Source of the DNA: Azolla caroliniana
Taxonomy: Eukaryota; Plantae; Polypodiophyta
Assembly: GCA_043228905.1 (NCBI GenBank)
Contig: JBHGNT010000001.1
Location: forward strand, 6,262,001-6,326,000
DNA: 64,000 nucleotides
Direction of reading: 5' to 3'
Position numbers and translations under genes: made by a program. Each line of letters begins with the position of its first letter. Positions within the stretch are counted from its first letter, which is position 1. The notes below the pieces were generated by a model that worked only from the letters and a program-made list of their open reading frames with translations, did not search any database and had not been told where the DNA came from. Shown here in pieces: positions 58,918-64,000 of the stretch.

Positions 58918-60082
58918 TGTTGGGAATATGGAGCGGAATTGGGATGACTAAAATTTCAATCACAATTAACACTTGTTAAACAATAGATGAAACCACGAGA
59001 AAAAAATGAGAGAGTACACTGAGATTTAACGGGGAAAACCCAAATTTGGGAAAAACCACGGGAACCTTAGGTTCCGAAACAAATTCACTATTTTCTGAGT
59101 ATACAAAGGTGTTGACAACCTCTAGACCTTACTCTAGAGATATGCACATATATTTCAAGGCTACCACCTTGGATACAATATTCACCCTACCAAATAGGAT
59201 AAACAACATAAAAACAACCAAAAACACAGAACAAATAAACCTGTTACAAGTGGACAGAAGAGTTGTTGTGACTCTTTTGGGTAGTCTAGACAACACCTCG
59301 CAAGATCTCTGTCTTTACACTTGCAACGAGTTCTCACTCTCGATCACCATGTTCTCAAGCTCTCACACTTGTTTATGTTTTCTTGCAGAAGATTTGTTGT
59401 GTTTTTCTCACACACCTCTTCTTCTCGAATCTCTATTTTTCAACCTTAGTTTTGTTCACTCATGTGCATTTTTTCTTTGTAATGTGCTCTGTTTTCTCTG
59501 TCTTTCTCTCAGTTTTTTCCCTCTGTGCGTTTTTCTGTCTATGCCTTCTTTTTATCAACCTTTTTGGAGTAACGTTTCCTCTTTTTGTATCTACATTCAC
59601 ACATAGACATACAAAACACACACACACACAAGAAGAAAAAAGGACACATAAAAAATGTACATATATATATATATATATATAAACATATAACTTTTTCCTT
59701 TCTTTAGCTCTAAGTCGATTCGGCGTCCAACCGATTCAACACTCAGCCCGAATGAGTACCCAACCAATTCGACATCGAGTTGGTAGCTGGCTCTCAACCA
59801 ACTCCATGTCATGGGTTCCACTTGAGTGGATAGACCCAACAATGTGTACCATCTTGTAACCGCCTATCCATCCAAGGTGCAACATTTGTTTTCAATGGCA
59901 TTCTAAGACACGGAGCAAGTGGATGAAGACATATCATCTCACAAACAAAGGCCCTTTGGTGTTTCAAATACGAGAAGTGGTTTAGAGAAATGTCATATCG
60001 CCATATAGAAGAAGTGCATTAACATCTCTAAAGAAGTGCCAACTCCATGTCATGGGCTCCACTTGAGTGGATAGACCCAACA
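58918..60082 (-). repeat. copia-3 3' LTR region with duplicated 44-bp terminus
   Basis: TGTTGGGAAT at 58918; ...GATAGACCCAACA ends at both 59841 and 60082. Confidence 0.75.
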
Positions 60083-63000
60083 ATTCTCCCCCTCCATCTC
60101 AAGTGGGGGCACAACTAGGTTTGTCTTTTGTTTGCAAACTTCAAGCTTCTCCCTTGACAAACATTTTGTCATCATGTCGGAGCCATTCTCATTTATGTGA
60201 ATCTTTTCAATTTGCATTTGCTTTTCTTCAAGCACATCTCTAATCCAATGGTATCTAACATCTATGTCTTTTGACTTAGAATGAAAGGAAGAATTCTTAC
60301 TTAAATGTATAACACTTTGGCTGTCACAATACATAATGTATCTTTCTTGAATCAGCCCCAACTCTTGTAGGAATTTCTTTAGCCATAGCAATTCCTTATT
60401 GGCTTCTGTGGCAGCAATATATTCAGCCTCCATTGTGGATAATGCCACGCATTTTTGCAATCTCGATTGCCAAGAGACCGCTCCCCTTGCAAAGATCATT
60501 AGGTAACCAGATGTATACTTTCTAGAGTCAACATGACTAGCCATATCAACATTTGTATATCCATCTAATATAGTTTAGTTCTCACCAAATTTTAGACAGA
60601 CTCTTGAGGTACCCCTCAGATATCGCAGGATCCATTTCACTACTTCCCAATGGTCTTTTCCAGGGTTCGAGAGAAAACGACTCACTACACCAATTGTGTG
60701 AGCAATGTTCGACCTCGTGCATACCATATCATACATTAAACTACCGACTGCAGAGGCATATGATATTTGTTTCATTCCTTCTTGCTCTTCATCACTCGTA
60801 GGGCATTGAGTTGAGCTAAGTTTAAAGTGGCCCGCGAGTGGAGTGTTGACCGGCTTACTCTTAGCCATGTTGAATCTCTCAAGTATCTTCTCAATGTACT
60901 TTTCTTGAGACAACCAAAGTCTTTTGCTTGCCCTGTCCTTGGTTATCTTCATCCTAAGGATTTGCTTGGCTGGTCCCAAGTCTTTCATGGCGAAAGATTT
61001 GCTGAGTTCCTTTTTCAGCTTCTCAATCTTGTTGGTGTCTTGACCAACGATCAACATATCATCAACATACAAGAGCAAAATGACAAAATCCCCATCTAGG
61101 AATTTCTTAACAAACACACAATGGTCTATGTTTGTTCTATTATACCCAGGTTCAACATAAAGGAGTCAAACTTTTTGTACCAAAGTCTAGGAGCTTGTTT
61201 TAGGCCGTACAAGCTCTTCTTTAACTTGCATACCAGGTTTTCCTTACCTTTGACTCCAAACCCTTCGGGTTGATCCATGTAAATCTCTTCTTCCAAATCG
61301 CCATGGAGGAAGGCGTTTTTTACATCGAGTTGCTCGATTTCTAGATCGAGACTGGCTGCAATCCCAAGTACAACTCTGATCGAGGACATCTTCACCACTA
61401 GTGAGAAAATCTCCTCGAAATCAATTCCCTTTTTCTAGTTGAACCCCATCACAACCAATCTTGCCTTGTATCTTGGCTGTGAGCAATGTTCCTCAGTCTT
61501 GAGCCTTTAAACCCATTTGTTTTTCAGCGCTCTTTTGCCCTTAAGAAGCTTTACAATATCATAAGTGTGATTGTCTTGCAAAGTCTTCATCTCATCATTC
61601 ATGGCGTCAAGCCACTCCTCATGATCATTTGCCATAGCTTCTCTAAAGCTTTCTGGCTCTCCTCCATCTGAAAGCATCACATATTCATGTGGGTTGTATC
61701 TAGTAGAAGGTCTTCTTTGTCTCATAGACCTTCTAACCTCTTCCTCTTTCGGAGGACCTGTTGAAATCACCTAGAGTATGATGGTCATGATTCTGCCCAT
61801 CATCATCATCGACTACATCATCAGCCATATCATCATACTCCTCGGTATCTCCCCCATGACATTGTGTGCCTAGGGTAGGCATTGGGTGTTCGGTGACTGA
61901 AAAATTAAGGGTGAGATCTGGCATTTCATTCGGCTCCGGATCTTGTAAGGTCTGATCCTCAAGGAATACCACATCCCTGCTTCTAATGACCTTCTTCTCT
62001 ACTGGGTCATAAAGTCTATAGCCGAATTCCTCATGGTCGTATCCCAAAAATATGCATGGTTTGCATTTGTCATCAAGCTTGGATCTTTCATCTTTTGGGA
62101 TGTGGACATAAGCCTTGCAACCAAACACTCTTAAATGTTTGTATGACACCTCCTTACCTGTCCAAACCCTATTGGGTACATCACCATCCAAAGGGATTGA
62201 TAGAGATAGATTTATGAGGTCAATGACAGTCCTCATTGCTTCACCCCAAAAAGATTTTGGTAATTTTGAGTGGGATAGCATGCATCTTATCCGCTCACAA
62301 ATTGTCCTATTCATCCTCTCAGCCACGCCATTGTGCTGAGGTGTTTTCGGGACACTTCTCTCTAGTCTAATACCATGGTCAGGACAATATTCCTGAAATT
62401 GTCCCTAATATTCACCGCCGTTATCGAAACGGATACATTTCAACTTTCTTCCTGTTTCTCTTTCCACACTTACATGAAAGTTCCTAAAGATTTCAAACAC
62501 TTGATCTTTAGTCTTTAATGCAAAGCACCACAACTTCCTCGAGAAGTCATCGATAAACTTGACAAAGTACAATGCTCCCCCAAGAGTTGTATCTTTCATA
62601 TAGCACAAGTTCGTGTGCACCAATTCCAATGGCTGAAATTTTCTTTTGGGGGATAGGTGTTGAAAGGCAACTCTGTGTTGTTTGCCAGCCAAGCAAACAA
62701 CACAAGTTTCTAAGTGCATACCTCTTATCTCAGGTAGGATGTTCTTTCTAGCTAGCACCTCGAATCCTTTTTGACTCATGTGCCCAGTCTCTTGTGCCAC
62801 AATTCAATAGGGACTTCCTTATCGGCTACATTCACCTCGACACCATAGCATGCATTACATAGAGGGAATTGTCTTTTAGGCATCTTGCTAATACTAGCGA
62901 GCCTTTGATGAGCTTCCATTTTCCTTCACCGAAGGAATTTGTGTAACCCTCATCATCAAGATTACCGGCTGAAATAATATTCAGCCGAATGTCCGGTACA

Positions 63001-64000
63001 TGCCTAACATCATTTAATACTAGTTTGCGACCCGTGTTCATGGTTAGAATTATATTTCCTATGCCAACAACCTCTGTTATGCCGTTGTTAGCCATTTTGA
63101 CTTTGCCAAAGTCACCACCAACATATGACGAGGACATCTCTCGGTATGGAGTAATGTGATACGAGGCTCCCGAGTCAATAATCCAATCAGTTTGTTGGCA
63201 TGCTAAGCTAACACATGCGTCATCACAAGCAATGACAATGTCGCCATCACAAGTGGCTGTAGTGGGGTCATTGCTCTTATTATCGGTGGTTCCTTTCTTT
63301 TGGTCTTTCTTTTACTTCCAACATTTTCTCTCATAATGGTTTGGACCACCACAATAACGACATGAAAAATCTTTCTTGAAGTCTTTTCTACTTCTAGACT
63401 TTGACCTCCCCTTAGAATTAGTTCAATGATTTTGTGGACCCCTAGCATGGTTTCTTCCTCTAGAGGAGTTGTTTTCTATGACTAAGGCTTTATGGTCAAA
63501 GTTGGACTCATGCTCCTTTCGTCGTGTTTTTTCATGTAGAAGATTCAACTTAAGCATGTCCAATGTTAGGTCCTTTTGTTGCATTGCACTCCCAAGCGTC
63601 ACAACAAGGGTTTCCTAACTATCTGGGAGAGCCCCTAACAATAACAAGATCAACACCTCATTTGCTAGAGGTATATCTAGAGAGTCAGTTTGACATATAA
63701 GTCCTTGAAACGTATTAAGATGCTCTGCCATACTAGAGCCATCTTGATACCTAAGTCTTACAAGTTTCCTAAACACGGAGACCCTATTCAAAGCATTTTT
63801 TGTCTGAAACATACTCTCGATTTTTCTCCATAACTCGTTTGCTTTGGTTTCATCACAGAAATTGTTATCTAGACTCATGTCTATGAAACATCGGATGTAT
63901 GCATATGTGTTTAGATGCATGGCATCCCAGGTTAATGTATCTATGTTCTCGAGTTTGCTCGTACCATGTAGTACGGGCAACCACATGTCCTTACATACCA
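58918..64000 (-). mobile_element. Degenerate Ty1/copia element (copia-3, Tnt1/Tork-like), runs off the right edge
   Basis: Minus-strand gag (AYIRCFIDMSL), PR, INT (FDNGGEY, AERMNRT), RT (QLDVKNAFLHG, LYVDDML) and RH (LSTMEAEY). PPT GGGGGAGAAT at 60083-60092. LTR sequence 58918-60082. Confidence 0.93.

Noticed and set aside
59046-59682. 186-aa and 99-aa ORFs
   Set aside because: They lie within the copia-3 LTR and derive from CT/TG-rich low-complexity sequence.

Overview
Eukaryotic plant nuclear DNA, probably a fern or other seed-free plant. This is inferred from the PLS-class PPR content and the retroelement types and is not proven. Bases 1-28102 are one five-layer nest of retroelements. (1) A minus-strand Ty1/copia element has its 5' LTR split by (2) a 5'-truncated LINE (15-bp TSD). 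The LINE is split by (3) a plus-strand Ty1/copia element (TSD ATAAT), which is split by (4) a tRNA-Trp-primed Ty3/gypsy element (TSD CCGG). The gypsy primer-binding site is split by (5) a very young antisense Gag-only LTR element (TSD ACGT) with apparently identical LTRs and an intact 1421-aa ORF. Notable details: the gypsy and the Gag-only element share PBS, PPT region and one LTR terminus; the gypsy has a candidate -1 frameshift (GGATTTT plus pseudoknot) after the protease; its LTR contains a tRNA-like A/B-box segment; and the LINE insertion encloses about 3.3 kb of non-LINE cargo including PPR fragments. The rest holds further LINE remnants, a second PPR pseudogene, a SIAMESE-RELATED-like single-exon gene, a spliced gene apparently fusing an OSB-type PDF motif to a PLS-class PPR array, and a third, degenerate copia element running off the right end.
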